Below are positions 40,723 through 50,110 of a stretch of DNA of 64,000 nt, piece after piece. Within the stretch, counting starts at the first letter, position 1. Each line of letters opens with the position of its first letter. The position numbers and the translations under genes are program-made. The notes below the pieces were generated by a model. The model did no database searches. It was not told the origin of the DNA and saw only the letters and a program-made list of their open reading frames with translations. The stretch comes from an uncultured Alphaproteobacteria bacterium (GTDB lineage Bacteria; Pseudomonadota; Alphaproteobacteria; CBDUYM01): assembly GCA_965371465.1 (NCBI GenBank), contig CBDUYM010000013.1, positions 14,526 through 78,525 of the forward strand, written 5' to 3'.

Positions 40723-41916
40723 TCACAGCTCTCCGAACATGCGACCGGGGTTCAATATCCCCCGAGGATCGAAACCTGCCTTGATCTGCTGATGCAGTTT
40801 CATCATTGGCTCGGTGAGTGGGGATCGGACTTCTGCCTTTGCTTCCGTCGAATAGAAAATCATTGCGTGACCACCAGCTTCGCCTGCAGCTGCCCGAATT
40901 GTCGTTCCTTGTTCAGCGGGCGCAGACAACCAGATCAGCCCACCGGCCCAGTCGCAGACATAATTTGCTGCCATCTGGTTCGCTGTGGCAGCCAGAAACT
41001 GGGCTGCAGCGGCAGGTGGCAGCGAACAGCGCCAGAGGCAATTAGCGCTACTCTCCAATAATGTAACATCGCGGATCTCCTGCCAGAGTAGCCGAGACTT
41101 TTCCTCGTCGAGCGTCAGTGCATCAGCACCCGCAGGCAAAAGCTCTTTCAATCGGCCAATTCTTGTGGTGACCGTTGCTTCATCGCCCTCAGAACGAAGT
41201 GCGGCGCAAGGTTGTTTGATGGACATGGCGCGACTGTTGGCTGCTGCATCAGCATCCAGAAAAGCAAATCCACTCAGTTCCAGAGATGTGCCTGTCATCT
41301 CTCTAAGAACTGAGAGACCTTGACCAACATCTGCAAACTGAACCAGGCAAGTCGCTTCGGTCTCGGGCTTCGGCAGCGCCTTTAGTGTGACGTCGACGAG
41401 GACGGCAAGAGTGCCGAAGGATCCGGCCATCAGTTTGCAAAGGTCATAGCCGGTCACGTTCTTGACCACGTGGCCACCTGCTTTGAACGTCTCTCCGCGC
41501 CCTGATACTGCTTCGAATCCAAGAAAGTGATCCCTCGCAGCGCCCGCGGCAATGCGACGGGGTCCGGAAAGATTGCTGGCGATAATGCCGCCAATGCTCT
41601 GCTCCTGGACGCGCGCATGCAGGGCCTGGGCGTAGTCAGGTGGTTCGAATGCCAGACGCTGGCCGGCCCCATCAAGTGCTGCCGAAATTTCAGCGAGCGG
41701 CGTCCCGGGCAAAGCGCGAAGGGTGAGCTCTTCAGGTTCATAGGCTGAAATGCCGGTCAGACCGGACAGCTCCAGCACATGTTCAGCCTCTACCGGACGG
41801 CCGAGGGCCGCTTTCGACCCGAAACCCTGGACAGCCAGCGCTGTCTCTTCACTCATCGCCCAGAGGACAATCTCGGCGACCTCTGTGGCGTTCGCTGGCT
41901 TCAGAATGCTTGGCAT
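40723..41916 (-). CDS. glcE: glycolate oxidase FAD-binding subunit
   Basis: 397 aa with an FAD-binding PCMH-type domain. It sits between glcD and glcF with 3-8 nt gaps. Confidence 0.85.
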   Translation of the reverse strand: MPSILKPANATEVAEIVLWAMSEETALAVQGFGSKAALGRPVEAEHVLELSGLTGISAYEPEELTLRALPGTPLAEISAALDGAGQRLAFEPPDYAQALHARVQEQSIGGIIASNLSGPRRIAAGAARDHFLGFEAVSGRGETFKAGGHVVKNVTGYDLCKLMAGSFGTLAVLVDVTLKALPKPETEATCLVQFADVGQGLSVLREMTGTSLELSGFAFLDADAAANSRAMSIKQPCAALRSEGDEATVTTRIGRLKELLPAGADALTLDEEKSRLLWQEIRDVTLLESSANCLWRCSLPPAAAAQFLAATANQMAANYVCDWAGGLIWLSAPAEQGTTIRAAAGEAGGHAMIFYSTEAKAEVRSPLTEPMMKLHQQIKAGFDPRGILNPGRMFGEL

Positions 41917-41924
41917 GTTTTGGT

Positions 41925-43406
41925 CTAGAACCTGGGGATATCTGGAAAGGGAATTTGACCCTTGTGAACATGCACGCGGCCAAGCTCTACACAGCGATGC
42001 AATACGGGAAACATCTTCCCGGGATTAAGGCGATGGTCAGGATCAAAGGCGCACTTCAGCCGCTCCTGATGGGCAAGGTCTACTTCCGAAAACATCACGT
42101 TCATCAGATCACGTTTTTCGACGCCGACGCCATGCTCGCCCGTTAGCACGCCACCTTTCTCAACGCAGAGCTTGAGAATTTCCGCGCCGAAGGCCTCTGC
42201 CGCTTCAAGTTCGCCCTCGACATTTGCGTCATACAGGATGAGCGGGTGCAAATTCCCGTCGCCGGCGTGAAACACATTGGCCACCCGAAGGCCGAACTCC
42301 GCTGAAAGTTCTGCTATGCGACTTAAGACCGCCGCCAGGGCACCTCTCGGGATTGTGCCGTCCATGCAATAATAGTCGGGCGAGAGCCGCCCCATCGCTG
42401 GAAAAGCTGCCTTGCGACCAGCCCAGAAGCCTAGCCTCTCTTCCTCACTTTCAGCCAGCCGAACGGAGCTCGCACCACTTTGATCGGCAATTACCCGCAC
42501 GCCGTCGACAAGAGCGCTGACTTCAGCTGGAAACCCATCAAGCTCCACGATCAGGATGGCCGCTGCGTCCAGCGGATAACCGGGGTGACAAAAGGCTTCC
42601 GTCGCTTCGATAGCGAAGTGGTCCATCAGTTCCATGCCCGCTGGAATGATCCCGCCTGCGATAACGGCATTGACGCAAGCACCTGCACTTTCAATGGTTG
42701 GAAATCCCAGAAGCAAAGCTGATGTCGATTCAGGTTTTGGTAGTAGCCGAACCGTAACCTCTGTAATTACTCCCAGAAGTCCTTCTGAACCCGTCAGAAC
42801 ACCAAGTAGGTCATACCCTTCCTGATCAAGCGCCTTGCCGCCAATGCGCAGCACCTCGCCCGAAATCAGCACGCATTCGACGCCCAGGATATTGTTGGTC
42901 GTCAATCCATACTTCAGACAATGGATACCGCCGGAATTTTCGCCGACATTGCCGCCGATCGTGCAGACAATCTGACTGGAAGGGTCCGGCGCATAGTAAA
43001 AACCTTCAGCGTCTACGGCTTCCGAAATGCTGATATTGGTGACACCGGGTTGAACCACCGCACATCTGTTCTGAAGATCGATTTCCAGAATTCTGTTAAA
43101 GCGCGTCATGCTAAGGACGATGCCATCCTCGAGCGGCAACGCCCCTCCCGACAGCGATGTGCCGGCGCCCCGGGGCACGATCTTGATTCCTGTTCGGCCG
43201 GCATAGCGCATGACGGCGGACACTTCATCAACCGTGCTTGGTAAGACCACCAGCATGGGCTTCTGCCGATAGGCCGTCAGCCCGTCACTTTCGTAAGCAG
43301 CGAGGCCCTGATCGTCCGAAATCACAGCCTGTGAGCCGACAATTTCCCTGAGCCGGTCAAGGATTTCAGCCCTTCGATCCAGGATGGCTTTTTCTGGCGC
43401 TGGCAT
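41925..43406 (-). CDS. glcD: glycolate oxidase subunit GlcD (FAD-linked oxidase)
   Basis: About 493 aa from ATG 43406 (the track start 43463 is also possible). It is FAD-linked oxidase family with the C-terminal GEHGVGVEKRD motif. Confidence 0.9.
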   Translation of the reverse strand: MPAPEKAILDRRAEILDRLREIVGSQAVISDDQGLAAYESDGLTAYRQKPMLVVLPSTVDEVSAVMRYAGRTGIKIVPRGAGTSLSGGALPLEDGIVLSMTRFNRILEIDLQNRCAVVQPGVTNISISEAVDAEGFYYAPDPSSQIVCTIGGNVGENSGGIHCLKYGLTTNNILGVECVLISGEVLRIGGKALDQEGYDLLGVLTGSEGLLGVITEVTVRLLPKPESTSALLLGFPTIESAGACVNAVIAGGIIPAGMELMDHFAIEATEAFCHPGYPLDAAAILIVELDGFPAEVSALVDGVRVIADQSGASSVRLAESEEERLGFWAGRKAAFPAMGRLSPDYYCMDGTIPRGALAAVLSRIAELSAEFGLRVANVFHAGDGNLHPLILYDANVEGELEAAEAFGAEILKLCVEKGGVLTGEHGVGVEKRDLMNVMFSEVDLAHQERLKCAFDPDHRLNPGKMFPVLHRCVELGRVHVHKGQIPFPDIPRF

Positions 43407-43477
43407 TTTCACGGTGTTTCTGGTGCCCCGGTTCACTGCGCGTGATGACTTGGCTGCCAGCATACCGCAATTCCCGC

Positions 43478-43510
43478 GAAAAAAAGCTGCCTCACAATAC
43501 GTGGGCAGCT
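43478..43510 (-). terminator. rho-independent terminator downstream of rpmJ
   Basis: On the minus strand there is a 7-bp stem AGCTGCC/GGCAGCT with a 12-nt loop, followed by a run of 7 T (plus-strand A-run 43479-43485). It lies 34 nt after the rpmJ stop and upstream of glcD. Confidence 0.7.
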
Positions 43511-43543
43511 CTCAGATCAGGCGTCTTTGATATCAACCGTGAA

Positions 43544-43669
43544 CTAGCCTTGGCGGGCTTTGAAACGCTTGTTGGTCTTGTTGATCACGTAGACTCGACC
43601 GCGGCGGCGAACCACAACACAATCGCGATGGCGCTTTTTCAGCGATTTGAGTGAATTCCTCACCTTCAT
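43544..43669 (-). CDS. rpmJ: 50S ribosomal protein L36
   Basis: 41 aa: [41 protein letters not shown]. The longer track ORF (start 43834) is an upstream in-frame extension. Confidence 0.95.
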   Translation of the reverse strand: MKVRNSLKSLKKRHRDCVVVRRRGRVYVINKTNKRFKARQG

Positions 43670-44081
43670 TGGTCGGTCCTCTTGCCAAGCCCGCAGGGCC
43701 CTGAGTACTTCTCGGATCAAGGGTGTCCTCAGCCCAAGTGAAGCGGGAACATAGGGGCCACATTGAGCTCTGTCAATGCTTGCGCAGCTGTTGGGCGCGG
43801 AACCACAATCGATGGATTCTTGGCTCATTTCCAAGCACCGCAGGGTGTGTCATGTCAGCGTTGCCGCCTTGTCACATTCCAGCCGATATTGAGCGCAATG
43901 CTTTCCGATCTTGCTTGCAGGCTGTGCCTGCCTTGGCTAAGGATGGTGCGTCAGATCAGTTGCTTATGTACGAATGCCTCGACGCAATATCTGGTATTCA
44001 ATTTTCGTTGGTCACAGGATGTAGCGTTTCCTTCTGCAAGTGCGCGCCTTCAATCTGGCGCGAACCGTAAGGGATGGAGAA

Positions 44082-44453
44082 ATGAATCTGCAACTGTTTG
44101 GCAGGCACCCTGTATTCCGGGGGTTTGAAGCCCTTGGCATCGGGCCAGGCGAGCTGGCGCATATGATTCATGCGCCTGAAGGTACTGTCCGGGCCTGGCA
44201 AAGAAGTGGGCCTCGGCTCAGCGATCCATGGGCGATTCTCTTGACAGAATTCCTGGGGGCATGGCTCAACACGCCCCCTGAGCCGTTGCACAATCACCCT
44301 GGCTACGACGACCTTAACCATGCCGAAGACCGCGAGGCGGCGCGACTGGCAGAGAATTGGTATGAACTTGCGCTCGAGTCGATCAGGGACCTGCCGGAAG
44401 AAGAATATACAGCCGCCAGAGCGCTGCGCAATGGGACTGACATTGCCGCCTGA
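44082..44453 (+). CDS. hypothetical protein, possible HTH-containing
   Basis: 123 aa from ATG 44082 (AAGGGATGGAGA upstream) with coding-like codon usage. GIGPGELAHMIHAPEGTVRAWQRSG resembles an HTH. Its stop abuts the yaaA stop. I recognise no family. Confidence 0.45.
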   Translation: MNLQLFGRHPVFRGFEALGIGPGELAHMIHAPEGTVRAWQRSGPRLSDPWAILLTEFLGAWLNTPPEPLHNHPGYDDLNHAEDREAARLAENWYELALESIRDLPEEEYTAARALRNGTDIAA

Positions 44454-45242
44454 TCAGGCAGCTGCCCGAGAGACAAAAACGCGCGAAAATTGAAACCTGT
44501 CTTCGCTGGAGGCTTCGGCATCAAAGGCATAGCCTTCAACTGCGAAAGACTTCAGATCCTCGGGATTGTCAATTCGGTTCTCAATCATGAAACGCGCCAT
44601 CTGACCGCGTGAGCGTTTGGCAATGAAACCCATAGTCATGGACTTGCCATCCTTGATTTCCTTGAACACTGGCGTAACTACGCGAGCCTTCAGCGTCTTT
44701 CTGTCGACGGCTTTGAAATACTCGTTTGATGCCAGGTTGAGCAACACAGGATTCTGTTCCTCAGCCAGCGCTTCATTCACCAGCTTGGCAATCCTGTCGC
44801 CCCAGAACCTGTATAAATCAGGTCCGCGACGCGTTTTCAGGCGGATACTCATTTCAAGTCGGTAAGGCTGAATCAGATCACAGGGCCGAAGCAGCCCATA
44901 AAGGCCCGAAATTATGCGCAAGTGGTCCTGGGCGTAGGCGACATCGGCTTTCGTGAGCGTGTCTGCGTCCAGTCCAAGATAAGTATCGCCGCGAAAAGCA
45001 AACATGGCCTCACGGTCGACCGATGCATTGGTTTCCGGTCTTAACTCGCTGTAGCGCTGCAGATTCAGGGCAATGAGATCGTCAGACAGCCCCATGAGCT
45101 TCTTGATGCGTGCCTTCGTCAGCGTCTGCGCTTTTTGGATGAGCCGGCTTGTATCGGCCAATAGTGCGGGCTCAGTGCCGATCATCGGCTCGCGCGCTAA
45201 ATTAAAATCGAGCTTCTTAGCGGGGGAAATGACGGTGAGCAT
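44454..45242 (-). CDS. yaaA: YaaA-family peroxide stress protein (DUF328/UPF0246)
   Basis: 262 aa from ATG 45242. MLTVISPAKKLDF and RGDTYLGLDA, RIISGLYGLLRP, YRLEM are the family motifs. Confidence 0.9.
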   Translation of the reverse strand: MLTVISPAKKLDFNLAREPMIGTEPALLADTSRLIQKAQTLTKARIKKLMGLSDDLIALNLQRYSELRPETNASVDREAMFAFRGDTYLGLDADTLTKADVAYAQDHLRIISGLYGLLRPCDLIQPYRLEMSIRLKTRRGPDLYRFWGDRIAKLVNEALAEEQNPVLLNLASNEYFKAVDRKTLKARVVTPVFKEIKDGKSMTMGFIAKRSRGQMARFMIENRIDNPEDLKSFAVEGYAFDAEASSEDRFQFSRVFVSRAAA

Positions 45243-45485
45243 GCTTTTCCTCGTCCAGTTAGAAGACAGAACCGTGCAGGGCCTGTGACACCCCAGCAAT
45301 CATTCGCCATCATAACGCTCGGAAGCTTTTGTTTCCAGCCACCACGTGCGCCCTCTTCAGGCAACCGGCACACTGGCAATCAGATTGACCTTACGGGCAT
45401 TCCCGTGTAGCCAATACCCACTTTTTCCGGGGCCTGTTGCCACGGGACTTGCGGCTAAACAGGGGCTGAAAAACAGGGCTTTCGA

Positions 45486-46850
45486 ATGACCATTGAGGAA
45501 CTGAAACCAAAGGCCGAAGCTGGCGAAGCCGGTGCCCAGTTTGAGCTCGGCGTCATCTATTCCAACGGCGACGGGACCCCGCAGGACCCTTTGGCAGCCG
45601 AAAAGTGGTTTCGCCTTGCCGCCGAGCAGGGTTTGTCCGAAGCGCAATTCAATCTTGCTATGCAATTCATGATGGGCTTTGGCGTCGATCAGGACTTCTC
45701 AGAGGCTGAGAAATGGCTCCGCGAAGCCGCGGATCAGGACAATGTCATGGCCCAATCCTCGATGGGCGAGATTTATGAAAACGGACTGGGCCGTAAAGCT
45801 GACTTCGAAATGGCGGCTGCCTGGTATGCACGGGCGGCGAAACATGACCAGCCTTTTGCAGCGTCACGCCTTGGCCGCTTGTATGCGTCAGGCCTTGGCG
45901 TCACACGCGATCTCAAGGAGGCCGAACGGCTGTTCATAGTTGCCGCTGAAAAAGGCAGCGTGGAATCCGCAAGCTGGTTAGGCCAGATGTATCTGGTCGG
46001 GTCCCTCGGCGAGCCGGACTTCGACGCCGCCCTCAAATGGCTGGTGCCAGCAGCTGAAGCTGGCTTCCGGCAGGCACAGACAAATCTCGGTAACCTTTAT
46101 GATCTCGGCGTCGGTGTCGAACAGGACTACGGGGCGGCGCTGGGCTGGTTTCAAAAAGCCGCGGCCCAGGGCGATCTGGTCGCCATGTGCAACATTGGTA
46201 TTCTCAACCAGTTTGGCCGCGGCGTGGCCCAGAACTACAGTGCTGCCGCCGAGTGGTACCGAAAGGCAGCGCTACAGGGCGAGGTCATGGCGATGGTCCG
46301 GCTCGGCATGTTTCATGAAGACGGCCTTGGCGTCGAAAGGGATGCAAGCGAAGCGGTAAAATGGTACCGCCGTGCCGCAGACCGGAATAACGCAAGCGCA
46401 ATGTCGCGGCTCGGCGTTCTCTACCTGAACGGCAATGGCGTCGAAGAAGATCAGGGACGGGCGGTGGAACTTTACCGCCAGAGCGCCGAACTGAACCATG
46501 CGCCGGGCATCTGTAATCTTGGTGTCGTCTATCAAAAGGGATTGGGCGTTGAAGCGGACCTTGATGAGGCGGAGAGCTGGTACAGAAAAGCGGCGGATCA
46601 TGGATACCCGCTGGCCCAGCTTTACCTCGGCCAGCTGATTGCGGAACAGGACGACAAGAAGGTTGAAGCCGTAATGTGGCTCAATCTGGCCGCCCATGGT
46701 GGCCAGCACTATGGCCTGGTCCATGAAATTCTCGATCAGCTTTCAGACGATGAGAAAACAGAGGCAGCCAGGCTGACAGAAGAATGGCTGGCCAGGGTCG
46801 ACCCCCGCACCACTGCAGCCCTTGCAGAGGAACGCACAGAAGTTTCCTGA
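45486..46850 (+). CDS. Sel1-like repeat (SLR/TPR-like) protein
   Basis: 454 aa built almost entirely of about eleven 36-aa repeats of the form A.KWYrkAAeqG...Aq..LG.mY..G.GV..D. No signal peptide is visible. Confidence 0.85.
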   Translation: MTIEELKPKAEAGEAGAQFELGVIYSNGDGTPQDPLAAEKWFRLAAEQGLSEAQFNLAMQFMMGFGVDQDFSEAEKWLREAADQDNVMAQSSMGEIYENGLGRKADFEMAAAWYARAAKHDQPFAASRLGRLYASGLGVTRDLKEAERLFIVAAEKGSVESASWLGQMYLVGSLGEPDFDAALKWLVPAAEAGFRQAQTNLGNLYDLGVGVEQDYGAALGWFQKAAAQGDLVAMCNIGILNQFGRGVAQNYSAAAEWYRKAALQGEVMAMVRLGMFHEDGLGVERDASEAVKWYRRAADRNNASAMSRLGVLYLNGNGVEEDQGRAVELYRQSAELNHAPGICNLGVVYQKGLGVEADLDEAESWYRKAADHGYPLAQLYLGQLIAEQDDKKVEAVMWLNLAAHGGQHYGLVHEILDQLSDDEKTEAARLTEEWLARVDPRTTAALAEERTEVS

Positions 46851-46871
46851 ATCCACCAGAAAGAAGCACGA

Positions 46872-47606
46872 ATGACTGAAACAGTTCAGGTGGCGGAGCA
46901 GTTCCGCGGCCCGCCAAACTCCGGCAATGGAGGTTACGTCAGTGGCGTTGCAGCCAAGTTCATTGATGGAATTGCAGAGGTTACCATTCGCGCACCTGTG
47001 CCGCTGGACACTGACCTGGAAGTGAAGGATGTGGGCCAGGGCGAAATCCGGATTTTTGATGACGGCAAGCCGGTGATGATCGCGAAGCCGGGCCGGCTTG
47101 ACATGGAGGTGCCGGAGCCTCCGTCCTTCGAAGAAGCCGCAGAGGCCAGCAAATCTTCGCTGGCAATCGTAATGAAGTCATTCTTTGGCGGGCCCGAACG
47201 CCTCGGAATTCATCCCACCTGCTTTTGTTGCGGCAATGAGCTTGCCGAGGATGTCGGGCTCAGGCTGGCACCGGGCAAGATCGACGGCCGGGAACTGGTG
47301 GCGGCGCCGTGGGTCCCGCACAAGTCGCTGTGTGATGAGAGTGGCGTCGTGCCGTCTGAGATAGTCTGGGCCGCTCTTGACTGTCCGGGTGCCTTTGCAT
47401 TTCTGGAAACCGGGCAGGATCGCGTTGGCATGCTGGGCCGTCTGGTCGGCGAAGTGACGGGACAGGCTGTGGCGGGCGAACGGTGCATTGTAATTGGTTG
47501 GCCAATTCTGAAGGACGGTCGCCGCATGCTGGCCGGTACCGCTGTTTTCAACGCCGCTGGCGAAAGAATCGCGCTGGCTCTCGCAACCTGGTTCGGCAGG
47601 GAGTAA
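46872..47606 (+). CDS. hypothetical protein, possibly hotdog-fold thioesterase-like
   Basis: 244 aa. The HPTCFCCG motif and the downstream pattern are reminiscent of PaaI-type hotdog proteins. The assignment is weak. Confidence 0.4.
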   Translation: MTETVQVAEQFRGPPNSGNGGYVSGVAAKFIDGIAEVTIRAPVPLDTDLEVKDVGQGEIRIFDDGKPVMIAKPGRLDMEVPEPPSFEEAAEASKSSLAIVMKSFFGGPERLGIHPTCFCCGNELAEDVGLRLAPGKIDGRELVAAPWVPHKSLCDESGVVPSEIVWAALDCPGAFAFLETGQDRVGMLGRLVGEVTGQAVAGERCIVIGWPILKDGRRMLAGTAVFNAAGERIALALATWFGRE

Positions 47607-47677
47607 ACTGCCCCTGAACTCAAGTGCTGCTCTCCCCGGCAGGTATGTGGGGGGCGACCATTCGACGAAGGGGCAGA

Positions 47678-48226
47678 ATGCGGACATTTCTGGTAAGGCT
47701 GGCCGTTTGTGTCTTGTCCTTCTTTTCCGTCTCTGAAGGGGCCATCGGCGCTACCTTTGGGCCCGGCAATGCTTCGATCGAATTCTCAGTCCGTTTTTTT
47801 GTCATCACCAGGGTCAGGGGCAGTTTCGAGCAATTTGCCGGCACTTACTCGTTTAACCAGGCGGATCCTGAGGCAAGCGCCGTTTCCGTTACGATCGACA
47901 CGGCAAGCATCAGGACCGACAGCGAACGTCGGGATCGGGATCTCAGGTCCGAAGACTTCTTCGACGTGGAAAACTTTCCAGAAATGACTTTTGTCAGCCA
48001 GGATGTGCTTGCCACATCTCAGCTGGATGGTGGGATTGCTGGCGATCTGACACTCATTGGCACAACAAAGGCCGTCCAGCTGTCTGTCGCCCTTGAGGGT
48101 GAACAGTTTGTTGCAACAGGTCGTATCAGGCGCAGCGACTTTGGCATGACCTTTGGGCGCCCCTTCGTTGGCGACATCGTTGAAATCCGCATTGCGGTTG
48201 ATCTGGATTGCACAGCTTCAGACTGA
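47678..48226 (+). CDS. YceI-family periplasmic polyisoprenoid-binding protein
   Basis: 182 aa from ATG 47678 (AAGGGG RBS). The signal is MRTFLVRLAVCVLSFFSVSEGAIG. Motifs VRGSFEQFAGTYSF and DTASIRTDSERRDRDLRSEDFFDVENFPEMTFVS are present. Confidence 0.85.
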   Translation: MRTFLVRLAVCVLSFFSVSEGAIGATFGPGNASIEFSVRFFVITRVRGSFEQFAGTYSFNQADPEASAVSVTIDTASIRTDSERRDRDLRSEDFFDVENFPEMTFVSQDVLATSQLDGGIAGDLTLIGTTKAVQLSVALEGEQFVATGRIRRSDFGMTFGRPFVGDIVEIRIAVDLDCTASD

Positions 48227-48237
48227 CCGGTGATTGG

Positions 48238-49347
48238 TCACGCGTCCTTGGCAGCCACCGCCGGAGCTTCGGCCGTCTCACCGCCGAGAAGATCATGTTT
48301 CTTGAGATGATGGCGAAGCTGATGATAGGTCAGCCCAAGCTCTTTCGCCGTTGCTGTCTGATTGAAACGATTTTCCTTAAGCGCGTTTTGGAGGAGCTTC
48401 CGTTCCATTTCCGAAACCGCTTCCTTGAAATCGATCGGCCCCTTCGGCGTGTCTGCGTCTTCTGCCACTGCCCTCGGCATGGTCGGGGCCGAGATGGCTT
48501 CGGGAACCCTCGTGTCGATCTTTCCCAGCACCTCCGGGCTTGGGCGCCAGGGGGAATCGAAGGGATCAAACACGATGTTCGACACCGGTTCCGCTTCGTT
48601 GCCGTTCAGCAGGTGAAAACTTCTGTAGATAGAGCGCTCAACCACGTTTTTTAGCTCGCGAACATTTCCCGGCCATTGATAGTTTTCCAGCCGCTCCACT
48701 GCTTCTTCGCTGAATCCTGAGAATTCTTCCCACTCTAATTCCCTGGCTATTCCTAGCGCGTAGTGTGAGCCAAGGACCATAACATCACCCTCGCGGGCGC
48801 GCAGCGGCGGAATGGTTAGAACATCGAAAGCAAGCCGGTCCAGCAGATCGTGACGGAATCTGCCTTCATCGGCAGCGTGGGGCAGATCAATGTTGGTGGC
48901 CGCAATGAGCCTTACATCAGTGGTCAGTGTTTTGTTGGAACCAACTCTCTCGAATTCGCCGTATTCAATCACGCGCAACACTTTTTCCTGCGCCTGCTGG
49001 CTTGAGTTTGCCACCTCGTCGAGAAACAAAGAGCCCGTGTCTGCAAGCTCAAAACGTCCCACCCGTCTGCCTCCTGCGCCGGTGAAGGCACCAGCTTCAT
49101 GACCGAACAGTTCTGTCTCGATCAGCGTCTCAGGCAAGGCAGCGCAATTCAATTTGACAAAGGGCCGATCCCATCTGGGGGAGAGATAGTGAAGTCTGGC
49201 AGCAACCAGCTCTTTGCCGGTTCCCCGCTCGCCGATCACCAGAACTGGCCGATCAAGCGCAGCAACCTGGCTCACACGGTCCATCAGATCGAGAAATGAT
49301 CGTGATTCACCTAAAAGCGCCGGCAAATCCTGGGTAGTCGGCGACAT
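48238..49347 (-). CDS. pspF: sigma-54-dependent activator PspF (AAA+ domain and Fis-type HTH, no receiver domain)
   Basis: 369 aa, colinear with E. coli PspF as remembered. It has Walker A GERGTGKE, the GAFTGA loop, LLDRLAFDV, WPGNVRELKNVVERS and a C-terminal LGLTYHQLRHHLKKH. Confidence 0.9.
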   Translation of the reverse strand: MSPTTQDLPALLGESRSFLDLMDRVSQVAALDRPVLVIGERGTGKELVAARLHYLSPRWDRPFVKLNCAALPETLIETELFGHEAGAFTGAGGRRVGRFELADTGSLFLDEVANSSQQAQEKVLRVIEYGEFERVGSNKTLTTDVRLIAATNIDLPHAADEGRFRHDLLDRLAFDVLTIPPLRAREGDVMVLGSHYALGIARELEWEEFSGFSEEAVERLENYQWPGNVRELKNVVERSIYRSFHLLNGNEAEPVSNIVFDPFDSPWRPSPEVLGKIDTRVPEAISAPTMPRAVAEDADTPKGPIDFKEAVSEMERKLLQNALKENRFNQTATAKELGLTYHQLRHHLKKHDLLGGETAEAPAVAAKDA

Positions 49348-49534
49348 CCTTCAGTCTCCATAGCGAAATATACCAATAGTTAGCATATTCCACCACGATG
49401 CTCGCGCCAAGTGGGAATCTGTCACATAATTTGCCCTGCCTGGAGCTGACTTCGCAGCTTGGCACATTTTCTGCACCAGTGTTTCTGCCAATTGGGTGGG
49501 GCAGTCGAACCAAGCACCAGTAAGGAAAATGAAA

Positions 49535-49930
49535 ATGTTGAAATATCTCGTACTGACGGTCGCCGTTCTCGCCAGCTCAGTAACTTTCGCCAATGGGGTG
49601 AGTGCCGCTCCGGCAAGAACCCTCGAGGTGGAGACAAACCAGCACAGATTGCTCGAATGCCTGACACGCAATCCAGCCACCAATGCCGCGGTTGCAGGCC
49701 AGGCACACTACCTGCCTCGGACCACGGCAACGCGCATCGCCAGGAAGATCTCTGCGAATGACACTCCTGACAGCGCCTTTCGTGTGGGCCTCAGAAGCGT
49801 TGATCACCGGACCACGATTCTGACCTGGGAAGGCGAAGACAGCGTTGAGAATCTGGACACGCTGAAGCAGCTTATTGCCTGTGCCGGCGCTGACCCACGG
49901 ATGGTTCTTGCCGCCAGCGATTCACGGTAA
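49535..49930 (+). CDS. hypothetical secreted protein
   Basis: 131 aa from ATG 49535 (AAGGA 8 nt upstream; ATG 49529 is also in frame). The signal is MLKYLVLTVAVLASSVTFANGVSA/AP. There are two Cys and no recognisable family. A strong terminator follows. Confidence 0.6.
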   Translation: MLKYLVLTVAVLASSVTFANGVSAAPARTLEVETNQHRLLECLTRNPATNAAVAGQAHYLPRTTATRIARKISANDTPDSAFRVGLRSVDHRTTILTWEGEDSVENLDTLKQLIACAGADPRMVLAASDSR

Positions 49931-49953
49931 ATTCTGTCACTCTCTATCTCATC

Positions 49954-49984
49954 GCCCCCGGCCATTGGTCGGGGGCTTTTGATT
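49954..49984 (+). terminator. rho-independent terminator
   Basis: GCCCCCG (49954-49960), a 9-nt loop, then CGGGGGC (49970-49976), followed by TTTTGATT. Confidence 0.8.
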
Positions 49985-50080
49985 GCCAGAATTCAGATTG
50001 GCGAAAAGTCACAAACATTCAGTTTCCAGACCAATCCGGGCATCTCTTCAGATCTGCCTAAACCCGTTAAAATACATCTA

Positions 50081-50093
50081 AATCAACGTGTTA
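50081..50093 (+). promoter_or_regulatory. candidate IHF site upstream of the psp sigma-54 promoter
   Basis: AATCAACGTGTTA fits WATCAANNNNTTR and ends 17 nt upstream of the -24 element. IHF-assisted looping is the norm at psp promoters in enterics. Confidence 0.45.
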
Positions 50094-50110
50094 TCGTTTT
50101 TGGTCTGACT

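Noticed and set aside
43723-44128. Track ORFs 43723-44070 (115 aa) and 43763-44128 (121 aa) in the rpmJ upstream gap
   Set aside because: The full-length versions have no RBS and poor coding character. Only the internal 72-aa segment from ATG 43852 was kept, as a low-confidence finding.
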